A DNA stretch of 64,000 nt, taken from Fistulifera solaris (lineage: Eukaryota). The translations under genes and the position numbers were made by a program. This document shows, piece after piece, positions 24,040 through 35,493 of this stretch. The notes under the pieces were generated by a model that ran no database searches, was not told the origin of the DNA, and was given only the letters and a program-made list of their open reading frames with translations. Where the stretch lies: positions 1 through 64,000 of the forward strand of contig AP026130.1 in the NCBI GenBank assembly GCA_030295235.1, written 5' to 3'. How positions within the stretch are numbered: the stretch's first letter is position 1; every line of letters starts with the position of its first letter.

Positions 24040-24864
24040 TTAAGGGGTCTTTATTTCATAAAGCGGCGTCATGAGTTGCAAAGACCCTGGACTAAGATTC
24101 TGTCCAGTGAACAAACTGAGACCGATACATTTCGTCGTGATTTCCACAAATCCTTGCAAGAACACCGGCACAAACTTTTTAAAGACGTCGGGACAGTTGA
24201 GCTGAATATCTTGTCCCCTCGAGCCGCACATGCTACAGGGACAGTTGACACCGTCAACCTTCGCAGTACACGACGTCCACACCGCGACTCGACCCGGAGG
24301 ATGAACTCCATCAACACAAACCGTGGGAACATCGAACGTTACAGTGTCTCTATCCGAAAGAGATCTTCCGACTCTCTCTTCAATTTTTGTCACATTTAGT
24401 GTCAAATCGTCACTTCCACTGCAAAGGGTTGAAGTCAGTTGGTTTCCCGATGTACGGAGCTGCATTTTACCGGTGTACGATGGTTTCACACAATATTCAC
24501 CGACTGTAGGTAAAGTCATGGGAAGGTTCACGCCCGCTTTTGCCCTCAAATCGTCCATGCATACCACTGTATCACAGCCGAAATCTACGACACGAAGTAG
24601 AGGCCGTAACACACATCTGCACTGAAAAGGGAAGGGACTGTACTGATTGAGGGGGTTTTGAATAACACCGACAATCAAGTCACACAAAGGACCGGCTTCT
24701 CGTTCATCGTTTAACTCCAAAGAAGACACATCGAGTGTTCCTTTCGACAGGTCGGCCTTGGCGACAAAATCTTCTATTTCCTGCAATTTAAGCGCCCGTA
24801 ACGCAGCCGAAGCGCTATGCAGAAGAATTGCGCCTACGAATGCAACAAGACTGGTGGTTTTCAT
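24040..24864 (-). CDS. Hypothetical secreted Cys-containing protein
   Basis: MKTTSLVAFVGAILLHSASA signal peptide; ~274 aa uninterrupted ORF with multiple Cys. Confidence 0.7.
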   Translation of the reverse strand: MKTTSLVAFVGAILLHSASAALRALKLQEIEDFVAKADLSKGTLDVSSLELNDEREAGPLCDLIVGVIQNPLNQYSPFPFQCRCVLRPLLRVVDFGCDTVVCMDDLRAKAGVNLPMTLPTVGEYCVKPSYTGKMQLRTSGNQLTSTLCSGSDDLTLNVTKIEERVGRSLSDRDTVTFDVPTVCVDGVHPPGRVAVWTSCTAKVDGVNCPCSMCGSRGQDIQLNCPDVFKKFVPVFLQGFVEITTKCIGLSLFTGQNLSPGSLQLMTPLYEIKTP

Positions 24865-25604
24865 TGGAGATGTATATTTGAATTGATTGCTTTCTATTTT
24901 AATGAATGATGACAGGTGACGGGCGAAAAAAAAAAAAAACACAAACTAAAATGCCGCAAGCAATAGCGCGCATCGCAGGGGCGGAGAAAAAAGGTACAGT
25001 AATTTATTATTTACTACGTATCATGGAGTTTAGCCCGCATCGCACACAAAAGCACATACAGAAAGAAGAAAGGAGGGTCGAGTCTTGGATTCTTTGTCAC
25101 CCAACGTACAATCACACGGTCATTTTCGTTCTCCGGTCTACTGATTTGTATCGTACTTTGTAAATAATTAGCTCGTTAGGCCCAATTTTGTTCGTGTTAA
25201 CGGCTTCATCGCGCCGTGACCAATGATAAATTTGGCCATGTGCAATGTGCAATGCGCAATGCACTAAGGACTAAGGACTAAGGACTAAGAACTATTTACG
25301 CGGTCTCTAGCTAACCTTAGTCAGCTAGAGTTGATGTTTGATTTCTAAGACTTTCTAAGACTAGTTCCATTATTTATGTTATGATGTCGGCTTTTGTTCA
25401 AACATTGAACATAGTCTAATGCTTTGTCAAGGGTCTTTCTAGAGATTATTAGACTAGCTAGGGAGCGACTATTGATCCATTTCGAATGAATCGTCGGCTT
25501 GAGAAACCTAATCTTTGCAAGAGGGGCGTTCAGAAAATAGCAATGATTTCTTTCATTAAAACTTTTTCTTTACCCACATCACTTATTTTCTTTCTAAGTT
25601 AGCA

Positions 25605-26840
25605 TTACTCAGCTTTGCGCGGCTGATTTTTAGCTTGAAACATTTGCATGCATTTAGCCTGTTGATCGATCCACCCACCAGGAACAAGGGCCGCCCAGTT
25701 CTGGGTAGTAAAATGATCGCGTTCGTTGTGAATCACGTGATCGTACATGTGCTCGTTGACCTTGCTCAAGTTGTAAAAAGGCACCATCGGATAGCAATGG
25801 TGTTCGGCGTGAAAATTGGTGTCCCACAAAAAGAATCGAACGATCGGATTCGAGCGGACACTGCGAGTGTTACGCAAACAGTTGGGTTCTTCGGATACCT
25901 CACAGTCAGCGTGTTCGAGGTTGCGAAAGTAGTTGATCACAGGGTAACCAACAAACACCGGGACGATCCAGTAAAACAAGAGCGTTTCGTATCCTCGATC
26001 CACTTGACTCGCATAGTAGACAGCAGTCGCGTACCAAATAATTTGCGCCCAAGCATGGCGCTGCAGCTGCTTCATGATTCCGCTCTCATCACTGTAAGTC
26101 CAGTGACCCAAGGACCAGCTCCATCCACTGTAATCCACAGGAATTCCCGCGGCCGAGTTAACGATACGACCGACGCGGTGGTAAAAGGTGGCAAAGACGT
26201 TCAAAAACTGCAAGACGTAGTGTGTCTTGGACATGGGGACATTGCGAAACCCAGGATTCTCGAGCTGCTCGCGGGTATAAAAGCTGGTGAGCTCGGGATC
26301 TTTGTAGATGTTGTTCGTGTAGGTGTGGTGTTGCTTATGCATGACACGCTCGTGTACACCCAGCTCAAACGTGAAGCATCCGACGAGAAAGAGACAAAGA
26401 TCGTTGATCCACTTTGTCTTGAAAGCATTGCGATGCAAAAACTCGTGTTGTCCTGCGAATGCAAACGCTTGAAACTGAAAGCCGTAGAAGATGTACAAAG
26501 GCACAAAGATGAGAAGCGTCGGGATATCCAAGTCTTTCCCAAGCAAAGGAAAGACTTGAAGCTGTCGAATGGCGAAACTTGTCGCCACCAAACAACCGAT
26601 CAAGCTAAAAAGACGCTCATATCCTTTGCGATCAGACTTGCCCATGAGACCGATCAAGACACCGTCGTCGAGAATACGATCGCGTTTCTTGCGCTCGCTG
26701 TGCTTGACGTCGGTCCAGTCTTCGGCGTCAGCGCGGACGTTAGCGAGTCCGTCGGTATCAGCTTTACTGTCGAGCAAAGCGACAAGCGGATCGTACTGCT
26801 GCTCATCGAAATGAATGATGGGGCGTGCGTTCGGCGGCAT
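25605..26840 (-). CDS. Membrane fatty-acid-desaturase superfamily protein, MocD/rhizopine-oxygenase-like
   Basis: Three His boxes QHEFLH, HKQHH, FHAEHH; HxxxHxxAFKTxWxND and HHxYT...DPE context; TM segments. Confidence 0.85.
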   Translation of the reverse strand: MPPNARPIIHFDEQQYDPLVALLDSKADTDGLANVRADAEDWTDVKHSERKKRDRILDDGVLIGLMGKSDRKGYERLFSLIGCLVATSFAIRQLQVFPLLGKDLDIPTLLIFVPLYIFYGFQFQAFAFAGQHEFLHRNAFKTKWINDLCLFLVGCFTFELGVHERVMHKQHHTYTNNIYKDPELTSFYTREQLENPGFRNVPMSKTHYVLQFLNVFATFYHRVGRIVNSAAGIPVDYSGWSWSLGHWTYSDESGIMKQLQRHAWAQIIWYATAVYYASQVDRGYETLLFYWIVPVFVGYPVINYFRNLEHADCEVSEEPNCLRNTRSVRSNPIVRFFLWDTNFHAEHHCYPMVPFYNLSKVNEHMYDHVIHNERDHFTTQNWAALVPGGWIDQQAKCMQMFQAKNQPRKAE

Positions 26841-27808
26841 TATAAATCAAAGAAATGATGATGATGAGAAGAAGATGCTTCGACGGCGAGTGCAGCAAGG
26901 ATTAAAAAATATGAGAGGTGAGCGAGAGTTTCACGTTTGCGTGAAGTCGGAGGACGTCTCACATGCTTCCTATTGATGCCTGACATGATGTCAAAGATAC
27001 CCTCGAAGCGTGGGCTTTTCAAGGTAAAAGGGCATACTTTGGCTGTCACAATTTGACACCTGTTTTTTCGTCCACGAAAATGAACGAAGATAGCAAAGAT
27101 ACCGCTGCGTATCGCTGGCAATTCATTACCATCTTCCCATGTTGGTTGGGAGGAAGTTTCATGCATTTTCATAACCTTGGTGATGTCCATCGTGGAAAAT
27201 GCCGGATAAGAATGCGGTATTTTCCATCCCTTGAATTGAGACACGAGAAATACGAATGGTTATGATTGGCAGACAAGTTCACAGTGATACTTGGTGACTG
27301 GTGACTTGTGACTGACTGGCGACTTGCGTTCGGAGTACAGAGTACAGTACTTGTACCCGTACAGTATACAGTACAGTACCAGGGTAATGGTGGCGTGTGT
27401 GTGGCGTGGAAAGGGTGCAAAGTGCGAACTGGACACTGGACACTGGACTGACGACGGAAGACGGAAGACGTGCATGCTGACGCCATAAATGGTTATTGCT
27501 TTGCAGGCTGCAATAAGTAATCTTTCGAACTATGCTACTTTAAAGCAAAGAGTGATCAGACATAATGAATAAGTATCACCGAAATCACAGTTTTTGGGCA
27601 TAAGGCACAAGATTAAACAGTGCTGTCCACATTTTGACTCCTCTTCTTTACTACTGTAACACGACTCGGCAAACAAAAACGGAAACGGAGATTATGCAAT
27701 AACATTAGTTAAATCCAACAGCAACCAATAACCAACAGTGCTCTCTAGAGAAAGCGGAGAACCAAGACAGAGAAACTACTAGTAAACTTGAGAGCAAGAG
27801 TACGAGTG

Positions 27809-27899
27809 GGAAAGGACGTTTTAAAATTCTAAAATTCTGCCTCTCAGTACAAGCTTCTACGTAGAGCCTACGGCGACGCAGAATTTTAACGTCGTTTCC
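27809..27899. mobile_element. ~80-bp hairpin/MITE-like dispersed element (copy 2, inverted)
   Basis: Reverse complement of 2408-2486 with a small internal TAAAATTC duplication. Confidence 0.65.
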
Positions 27900-28572
27900 G
27901 AAGCAAATAAGTATTGAATGACTCAATCTTACTTTCTACGCTTAGAATCGTTCCTAGATTTCATGAAGCATGTATGAGATTTCAAGATGATTTCTCCTTA
28001 CTGGAAACTGGAAACATTTGCGATTGGAAATTCTCGATGATAGCGACTTACTCTGTAATTGTTACTGGAGTAATTGTTTATAGCCAAGTCGGGTGTTGCT
28101 GGTAACTTTATGTAGACCCCTAAATCTATGAAAAACTAAAAGTGGCTCCATTCGCCATTCGCCAGCAGCTTCTGTTCTTGGAAGACAACTTTAGGCTTTA
28201 GGCCGAGCCGTGGACTACTCACGCTAAGCCAAGTCGATGTTCAACGAACAGAACATGATCGTAGTTTATAGTGGAATTGTACGCCGGAATGTAGAATGAA
28301 GCAACGATTGGTGAACGGCTGACTCGATCTCGGACAATTTGATAACATATTCACCGAAGTAGAGAACAGATAATGAACGGGAAGATAAACCGTAATCGAC
28401 GCTCTACTAGAGCCTGATAAAGTACAGATAGTATTTACAAAATTGCAACGTTCAACATAGTCGTCGACAGTCCATGGGCCACGCATTGTGCAATACACAC
28501 ACAGCACAACCACACCAGTTCGGGGAAAGCATAGCAGCGGCGTGGACGACGAGTCGTTTCAAGTAAACAGGC

Positions 28573-29724
28573 ATGATGAACCATTCAACGCCGACAAACG
28601 ATGGGACCCGCAACGACGAAGGAAGCAAAGAGACCTCACGCATCGGCGCAACGGCGTCCGACCAGAGTGCCAGGCTGCCGTCCTCTCCCCCAAAGAAAGG
28701 GGCAGCAGCGAACAAAGTCCACCAAGGCGAAATCCACTGTAACAAAGAGCCCGAAAAAGCTTGCACCGTTGCCCCCGCGGGCATTGAATGCTTACAATAT
28801 TTTCTTTCGAGAAGAGAGAAAGAGGTGGATTGACCAACGAAGCGAACCTGGAAAACAAATGGAGTCGAAAGCAAAGACGGGCTCGACATTCCCCCCGTTC
28901 GCTCAGATGGGAAAAATCATTGGACAGAAATGGAGAGAACTACCGGCTATCGAAAAGGAAAAGTTCGAGAAGCTGGCGAAGGAGGACATGCAACGATATC
29001 GTAAAGCAATTGAGGACTACAAAAATAATTTAATACAGGAGACAGAAAAGAGTGCGGAAACTCTCGGAAAAGATACTGTCAGCTCAGCGTGGAATTATCG
29101 CTCATCTTCTTCTGAGGATGACATCGAGGAAGATACGAAACCAGAGGCAACGGACGAGTCGCATCATGCACAGCCGATCACAAACTGGCCATCCGATGCG
29201 CTACTGCCGACCATGCAAGGAACCGCTTCATCACAAGCTTATTACCCTTTAAGGAACGAAGTTCCAAATCTGACACAAATTTACTCACAGACACAGATGC
29301 ATAACATGCTAAATGAAGTCCTCCAGGTCTCGCACGATGCGAACATGCTTGTCTATTCACAACAACGGCAGCAGCAACAGCAGTTGCTGTCAATGCTTCT
29401 TCCGAGAGTGACTTTACAGCAACCACAAGTAAATCAACAGCTTCAGCGTAACCACCAGGATCTGCTGCTATTGCAGCTGACCAGAGAACATCAACAACAG
29501 GCTCACCCCCGTTGGGTCTGCTTCACGATGGATCCCCAATGACAAACCAACTTTTGCAGGCCCAGCAGTGGCAATCTGCAGCACAAACACCCTCACCGTT
29601 TCCAGCAGAACTCGACATGCAGCTACGTGCGTCAGCTCTTTTGAGTCAGTTATCACAGCAGCAACAGCAACAAAAAGAAAATGCAGAGACAAAAGCGCCC
29701 CCGCCTCCACCCTTTCCAAAATAG
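28573..29724 (+). CDS. HMG-box transcription factor with Gln-rich C-terminus (start uncertain; frameshift ~29505)
   Basis: PPRALNAYNIFFREER...FAQMGKIIGQKWRELPAIEKEKFEKLAKEDMQRY. Confidence 0.85.
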
Positions 29725-30185
29725 AGACAGAAAATCACCGTGTGAGTCGCTTAGAATTGAAAACCAACGTTTTCCACGCCCTCGACGTAAAGGGTCAAAA
29801 GTAACCCTTAGAAATAGATGATGTTAATTGGGCGATTTCTTTCCGTTCAATCTTCGTGAGGTCGATCAAGATGGGCTTCAAGGACCCAGACTAGAGGCAA
29901 TTTTGCCTATTATCTCGTTTAGCTTGCACAAAATGAGGTGCTGTGAAAAGTGATTATTAAAGCATTCTGGTATATCATGGCTTCGAAAACGTCTCACGAA
30001 ATGAGAGTCACATTTTGCCCTCCACCGGACTATTATGTTTTTCCGGTATGACTTTGATCGCTGATCGATTGCATCTATCGCAGTCGGACCGTAAAGCTAA
30101 GCTGAATTAAAAGTTTGACTATCTTCAGCAACGTCTGCAGATTTTGTCCATCAGGGCACGGCGTTAAAAATTCCCCGCGTTGCTG

Positions 30186-31693
30186 TCGCTGCTTGTTGGG
30201 AAAGATCTTTTCGATTAGGGTTTTTCATAATTCCATCGCACAGTCTCTCACCGAGCGGAATTTTGTAGCGGCTGTGTTACTACGTAAAAAAGACCTCGTA
30301 CTTCGTCTCCAAAAGGGGTTCTACTTAATAGGGATATACAAAGTGGTAAGGCGTTTCACATTATATCAGCTATTTGTTCTATAGATTTGAATGCAGTCGT
30401 AGGCACATCTAGTTCTATAGTCTCTACAGTTGGTGTTTCAACAGCTCGCCAACGGATTGCACCTGGTAATCGTTGACAAAAACGCTTTTTGCCCGTCGCA
30501 TCGCAAAAAACTATGTTTACGTGAATCTATCTCTCTGTAAATTACGTTTCGCTCAATCCCCAGATTCCGGGGAAAGATGGGGAAAGACGGGGAATGTTAG
30601 GGAAAGTTGGGGAATCCCCGGGATTCCCGGGGATTCTCGAGATTCCCCGAGAATCCCAAGGATTATCGGGGATTTTCGGGGAAGTATAAAAGAGATGTTA
30701 GGGCGTTTTTACCATCGTCCTATGCGAAAAAAGAGCTTTCTTTCAAAGTCGTAAATTTGAACAAAACGAAAAGATACAGACTACGTAGACTAGTAGTTGT
30801 ACATCGCGAACATACCTGGTATTTTGGACTTTGGAATGAATCAGCCGTGGAGCTCAGCTAGGGTGCAGGACTATCCGTAGGAGACGAGCTGGGCACTTCA
30901 CTCGGAGTCTTCCGCTATCGGAACAGCAGACGGACTGAGATTGGACTCGACGTCTGGCGCGCATTAGGAGCAACTGTTGGTGTAGCACGCGGTGAAGGGC
31001 TAGACATTCGAACGAGGTCGCGGAAGCAACGGAAGGCTATTGTAGGGCATCAGTTCTATTCATAAGAATTCTACTTACTTTAAATTCATTAATTGGCTCG
31101 GCTATCAATAAGTTTACTTGTCATTTTCAACGTTAAATAGTCCCCGATGCGCAATTCGTGATTGGTAATTCACGGATTTCTTCCGGAAATTCTGACCTTA
31201 CGCGAAAATCTGGGGAAGTACAGGGAACGGCGGGGAAAATTGGGGAATGACGGGGAAAGTTGGGGAATGGTGGGGAAAGTTGGGGAAGAGCGGGGAAAGA
31301 TGGGGAACAGTGGGGAAGTCGCACATGCTTGAGAGCCAAACGTAGTTTGCGTTATCGGGCCTTCAATAAACGTAGATTTTGAAAGGCCGCTAAAATGACG
31401 CATTAGCGAGTGCCACATGCAATCCGTTGGCGAGCCGTTGAAACACAACCAGGATTGACTATAGAACGAAATGTGGCATAAGGTACATTCAAAGCCATAG
31501 AGCAAATAGCTGATATAATGTGAAACGCCTTACCACTTTATATATCCCTATTAAGTAGAACCCCTTTTGGAGACGAAGTACGAGGTCTTTTTTACGTAGT
31601 AACACAGCCGCTACAAAATTCCGCATGGTGAGAGACTGTGCGATGGAATTATGAAAAACCCTAATCGAAAAGATCTTTCCCAACAAGCAGCGA
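30186..31693. mobile_element. Nested long-TIR (foldback-like) element, ~1.5 kb
   Basis: ~200-bp near-identical inverted arms (30183-30393 vs 31486-31696), decaying similarity inward to ~300 bp; interrupts the outer element's left terminus. Confidence 0.75.
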
Positions 31694-31865
31694 CAGGAAG
31701 GGTGTCGGAATGGCATCTTTCGTACAGATAAGCTATAGAGTGATGACTCACAGTTTAACCTATAGTGAAAAAGCGCTACACTACTTTTTATATCAACTAC
31801 ACAAAATGAGTACCGTTTATGATTAGAGTAAGTAAATGTGTAGCTAAATTTTTATAAAACTATGT

Positions 31866-32090
31866 TCTTTCCGAAAGAAGTTTTTCTTCTTTCCGAAAGA
31901 AGCTTTCTTCTTTCGGAAAGAAGCTTTTCTTCTTTCGGAAAGAAGGATTCTTCTTCCAAAAGAAAAATCTTTCTTTCTGAAACGTCTTACCTCTTTCTTG
32001 GTACGAATTCAACGCACTACAGAAAGAAGAAAGCTTCTTTCCGAAAGAACAATTCTTCTTTCCGAAAGAAGAAAACTTCTTTCGGAATTT
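31866..32090. repeat. Array of palindromic CTTTC[C/G]GAAAG units inside the outer transposon
   Basis: Repeated ttctttccgaaagaag / ttctttcggaaagaag. Confidence 0.8.
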
Positions 32091-32644
32091 GTATTACCAT
32101 CGAGTCGTGGTTATGAGAGGAGACAGGCTTTATATGTACTTCATTTACTTAATGTACAATTTTAATTCCTGTAGTAACTCAGAAACACTGATGATGTCGT
32201 TGCACTACTTATTCTACTCATACATTTACCTTGGGTACACAAAAGATGTATAGTCGACACCCTCCCAGCAACGCGGGGAATTTTTAACGCCGTGCCCAGC
32301 ATCTCGCGGCCGTCGCGAACATCAAAATCGCCATTTTCGTTTGTTTTTCGTTGACAACAAACGCACAAAAAAATCCTTCCGTTGACATTCAGTAGGGCAG
32401 CTCATGACTATATGCTTTTATGCGAAACAGTCATTTACGAGTAGAATCTATAGATATTTTAGTACTCTCTAGAAGTCCCAACGCAAAGGATAAAATTGGC
32501 GGGACGCGCCGCACGCGAGGAGTCTCGCATCTCGCATCGTCGTCTCGCTCTCATTTTGATGGTGCAAGAACAACTTTCATACACTGAAGAAGCAATTTAT
32601 TAAATAGGAGTCCATTTTGTCGTTTATTCCTTTTAGCATTTAGC

Positions 32645-32992
32645 ATGATAAGCATCCCGCAAGCCCCAGCTAGTTTCAAAATAAGCGGAAACCCGACCGC
32701 ATTGGTTCAGCGCTTCATTCGGAGGACGCCTTCCACCGACAGTTCCTCCGGTCTGCTTTATCTTCGGTCCGGAAGCTGCGATGAGGATTCTCTTTCTCCG
32801 CCGAACTCAAGTGCTCGCAGTGAAGAAGATTTGATTTTAATGGAAGGAGGCCTTCTGGGGATATCACAAAGCGCAGAGACATCCCAGCCCGCCATCGCCC
32901 AACCCCCGCAAAATACCGCTAGTGTTCCCCAAGCGCCATCGACCGCTTCCGATGTAGATACTATCCTGTGGGCCAGCTCAATAGTGCAGTAA
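32645..32992 (+). CDS. Small hypothetical protein
   Basis: 115-aa ATG ORF flanked by AT-rich sequence; no motif recognised. Confidence 0.3.
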   Translation: MISIPQAPASFKISGNPTALVQRFIRRTPSTDSSSGLLYLRSGSCDEDSLSPPNSSARSEEDLILMEGGLLGISQSAETSQPAIAQPPQNTASVPQAPSTASDVDTILWASSIVQ

Positions 32993-33860
32993 TAAAAGAG
33001 CTTGCTGCGCGAAATCTTCTGCATAGCCTCGCCTATTTCCCGGCGCTCATCACGATCTTCAATCTGCCTTTGAATACTTGCGTCAATGGAACGCCTCTTT
33101 CTCTATACTCAGCTCTTCTACTAAGTAAAAAATAACGCTTCTTGTTGTTTTTTGGCGTTTTTATCTCTGTTGTGGCGAAAGCATTTGAAAAACATTAATC
33201 GTTCGTTCAAGGACGAACCCTGCAAAGAGTGACTACCGGTCACGAATTATGAGTCATTCACGCATTTCCTACGCTATAATTCCGTCAGCATTGATCTTGT
33301 TAGCGAACTGAGCTTTGCAATTGCTTGTTAGGCGACAGATTTAGAGAGTGGTGTCAGCAAAGACGGAAGATGTGATAGTAGGAAGACTTATCCTTATTTC
33401 CGTCTCGGTATACTTTGAACATAATTCAAGTAAGTGGTACATGCAAGCACATCACAGAAATAGCTGGTCACACTTGATTGGTTCCAGTAACGTTGATTTA
33501 CTAAATAGCTTTGACAATGCATTATGCATTCACAAAAAAACTGTGCTAGTTTCGGGACTGATTTTAGTCATGGTGCCTCGTCGGTTATTTGCTTACGTCA
33601 TTTCTTGTGCCGGTCTGCCGCTCTCACTTTTTTCTCGCGTGCCTCGAAAATCACGTCATTCATTTACATCGTCGCGAAAACAGTTGCCCCAAGCCCCAAC
33701 AGCGCTATAGAATCGACTACTGTATCACAAGCAAAGCAAGCAAAAATAATACTTGCATCTTGTTTAACCCACAAGTAGACCTAGTTGTGTGCCAGCAGGT
33801 TCTATTTTCTGAATTCGAATTGAGGGAGGACTTTTACGTTACCGACACAAACTAGCAATT

Positions 33861-34868
33861 ATGCGATTCTCTCGTATCATCACTGCAACTCTAAGTGTTG
33901 CCTCTTCACGAGCATTTACAATTCCTCGTAACACCTTCTCTTCGTCGACGCGCTTGTTTCAAAGCGTTCCTAAACTGACCGATCCTACATTGCTCATGGA
34001 TCAAGTTGATGTCTTTATTTTCGATTGCGATGGAGTCATCTGGAGAGGAGATTCTCTAATTGACGGTATCCCTGACACGCTCGAGAAATTGCGAGCCGCC
34101 GGCAAGCGCTTGTTCTTTGTTACCAACAACTCGACCAAATCACGTAAAGGATACAAAAAGAAGTTTGATTCGCTCGGTTTGTCAAATGTTCCTGCGGAAG
34201 AGATTTTCTCGAGTTCATTCGCAGCGGCGGCGTACTTGGAAAAAACGCAATTCGCAGCCACGAACAAGAAAGTCTATGTCATTGGAGAGGTTGGTATCTG
34301 CGAAGAACTAGATTTGATTGGTGTTCCGTATTTGGGAGGTCCTGCCGACAAGGATTCGGTGGCCGATATGGGACCGGGAGGCATGTTGCATGTCGATGAA
34401 TCGGTGGGTGCCGTGGTAGTCGGTTTTGATCGCCACGTCAACTATTACAAAATTCAATACGCGCAATTATGCATCAATGAATTGGGGGCGGAGTTCATTG
34501 CGACGAATCTCGATGCTGTGACGCACTTGACCGACGCTCAAGAATGGGCTGGAAATGGCAGTATGGTCGGTGCGATCAAAGGATGCACTGGAAAAGAACC
34601 AACGGTAGTTGGCAAACCGAGTCCGCTTATGATCGATTACATGGAGCAAAAGTTTGGGTTTGACCGCTCACGAATCTGCATGGTGGGTGATCGCTTGGAT
34701 ACGGATGTTTTGTTTGGAAAAGACAACGGCTTGAAGAGCTTGCTCGTTTTGAGCGGCGTTACATCGGAAGAAAAACTTTTGTCTCCCGACAACAAGATCA
34801 AACCGGACTATTACGCTGAAACTATCAATGATTTCTTTTCGCCGGTTCCAGCTGAATCGAAGGCATAA
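33861..34868 (+). CDS. PGP: 2-phosphoglycolate phosphatase (HAD class IIA), organelle-targeted
   Basis: FDCDGVIWRG, FVTNNSTKSR, IATNLDAVTH, GKPSP, MVGDRLDTD, LVLSGVT. Confidence 0.92.
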   Translation: MRFSRIITATLSVASSRAFTIPRNTFSSSTRLFQSVPKLTDPTLLMDQVDVFIFDCDGVIWRGDSLIDGIPDTLEKLRAAGKRLFFVTNNSTKSRKGYKKKFDSLGLSNVPAEEIFSSSFAAAAYLEKTQFAATNKKVYVIGEVGICEELDLIGVPYLGGPADKDSVADMGPGGMLHVDESVGAVVVGFDRHVNYYKIQYAQLCINELGAEFIATNLDAVTHLTDAQEWAGNGSMVGAIKGCTGKEPTVVGKPSPLMIDYMEQKFGFDRSRICMVGDRLDTDVLFGKDNGLKSLLVLSGVTSEEKLLSPDNKIKPDYYAETINDFFSPVPAESKA

Positions 34869-35493
34869 ATTAACCATGCGTTAATCAAATGTATGTGCTG
34901 TCAGTGCCTATGAATGTGTTTAATACCTTCATGTGCTAGAGTTCTAATGAAGCTGTTACTCCGTTTTATCCATTACTTTGCAACTTGCACCGTAGCCATG
35001 AAGTTCCATGGACTTGGCTTTTGTCCCAATTTTATTTTCCATTTTTTAATTATAAAAAATTCATGCCATAACTCACGACTCACCTAACACGAGTGTGTCT
35101 GTGCTTCGTCAGAAAATTGTCGCTCTTATGAATTCCGGAAGAAAAACGCCATCTGGCAGAAGTCGGACTCTACAGCAAAATGTCGTACGTTTCTGCCGGA
35201 CTAATGAACATCGACGAATGGTTTTGATGCATGACGACACAGTCTGTCCAGTGTAGACCGCACTGTAGTTTGACTGTAAAAACGGCAGCTGCCCGATGAC
35301 GATGCCGTTTTGCAAATTCTCCTTTCGGCCAATCGCAGATGGTCGCGCAAGTTCCGACCCGCAAAAGTATCTTCTGCGCGCAGATGATTTTGATGGGATC
35401 CATCGTCGAAATCGACGCCCTTGTTTTTATTTATTCCCCATTTTCATTGCTTTGCTTGCCTCACTTGCAAGCAATAGACTTATTTCAATCACC

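Larger units (their letters stand above)
30155..32296. mobile_element. Non-autonomous DNA transposon, PIF/Harbinger-like (31-bp perfect TIRs, CAG TSD), containing a nested element
   Basis: GGCACGGCGTTAAAAATTCCCCGCGTTGCTG at 30155-30185, exact reverse complement at 32266-32296; CAG at 30152-30154 and 32297-32299. Confidence 0.85.

Noticed and set aside
25635..26858. 407-aa antisense ORF over the desaturase
   Set aside because: Exact-frame shadow explained by sense-strand codon bias; no motif
30115..31716. Twin ORFs (30115-30384 +, 31489-31716 -) with near-identical peptides
   Set aside because: Incidental translation of the inverted-repeat arms; no transposase motif
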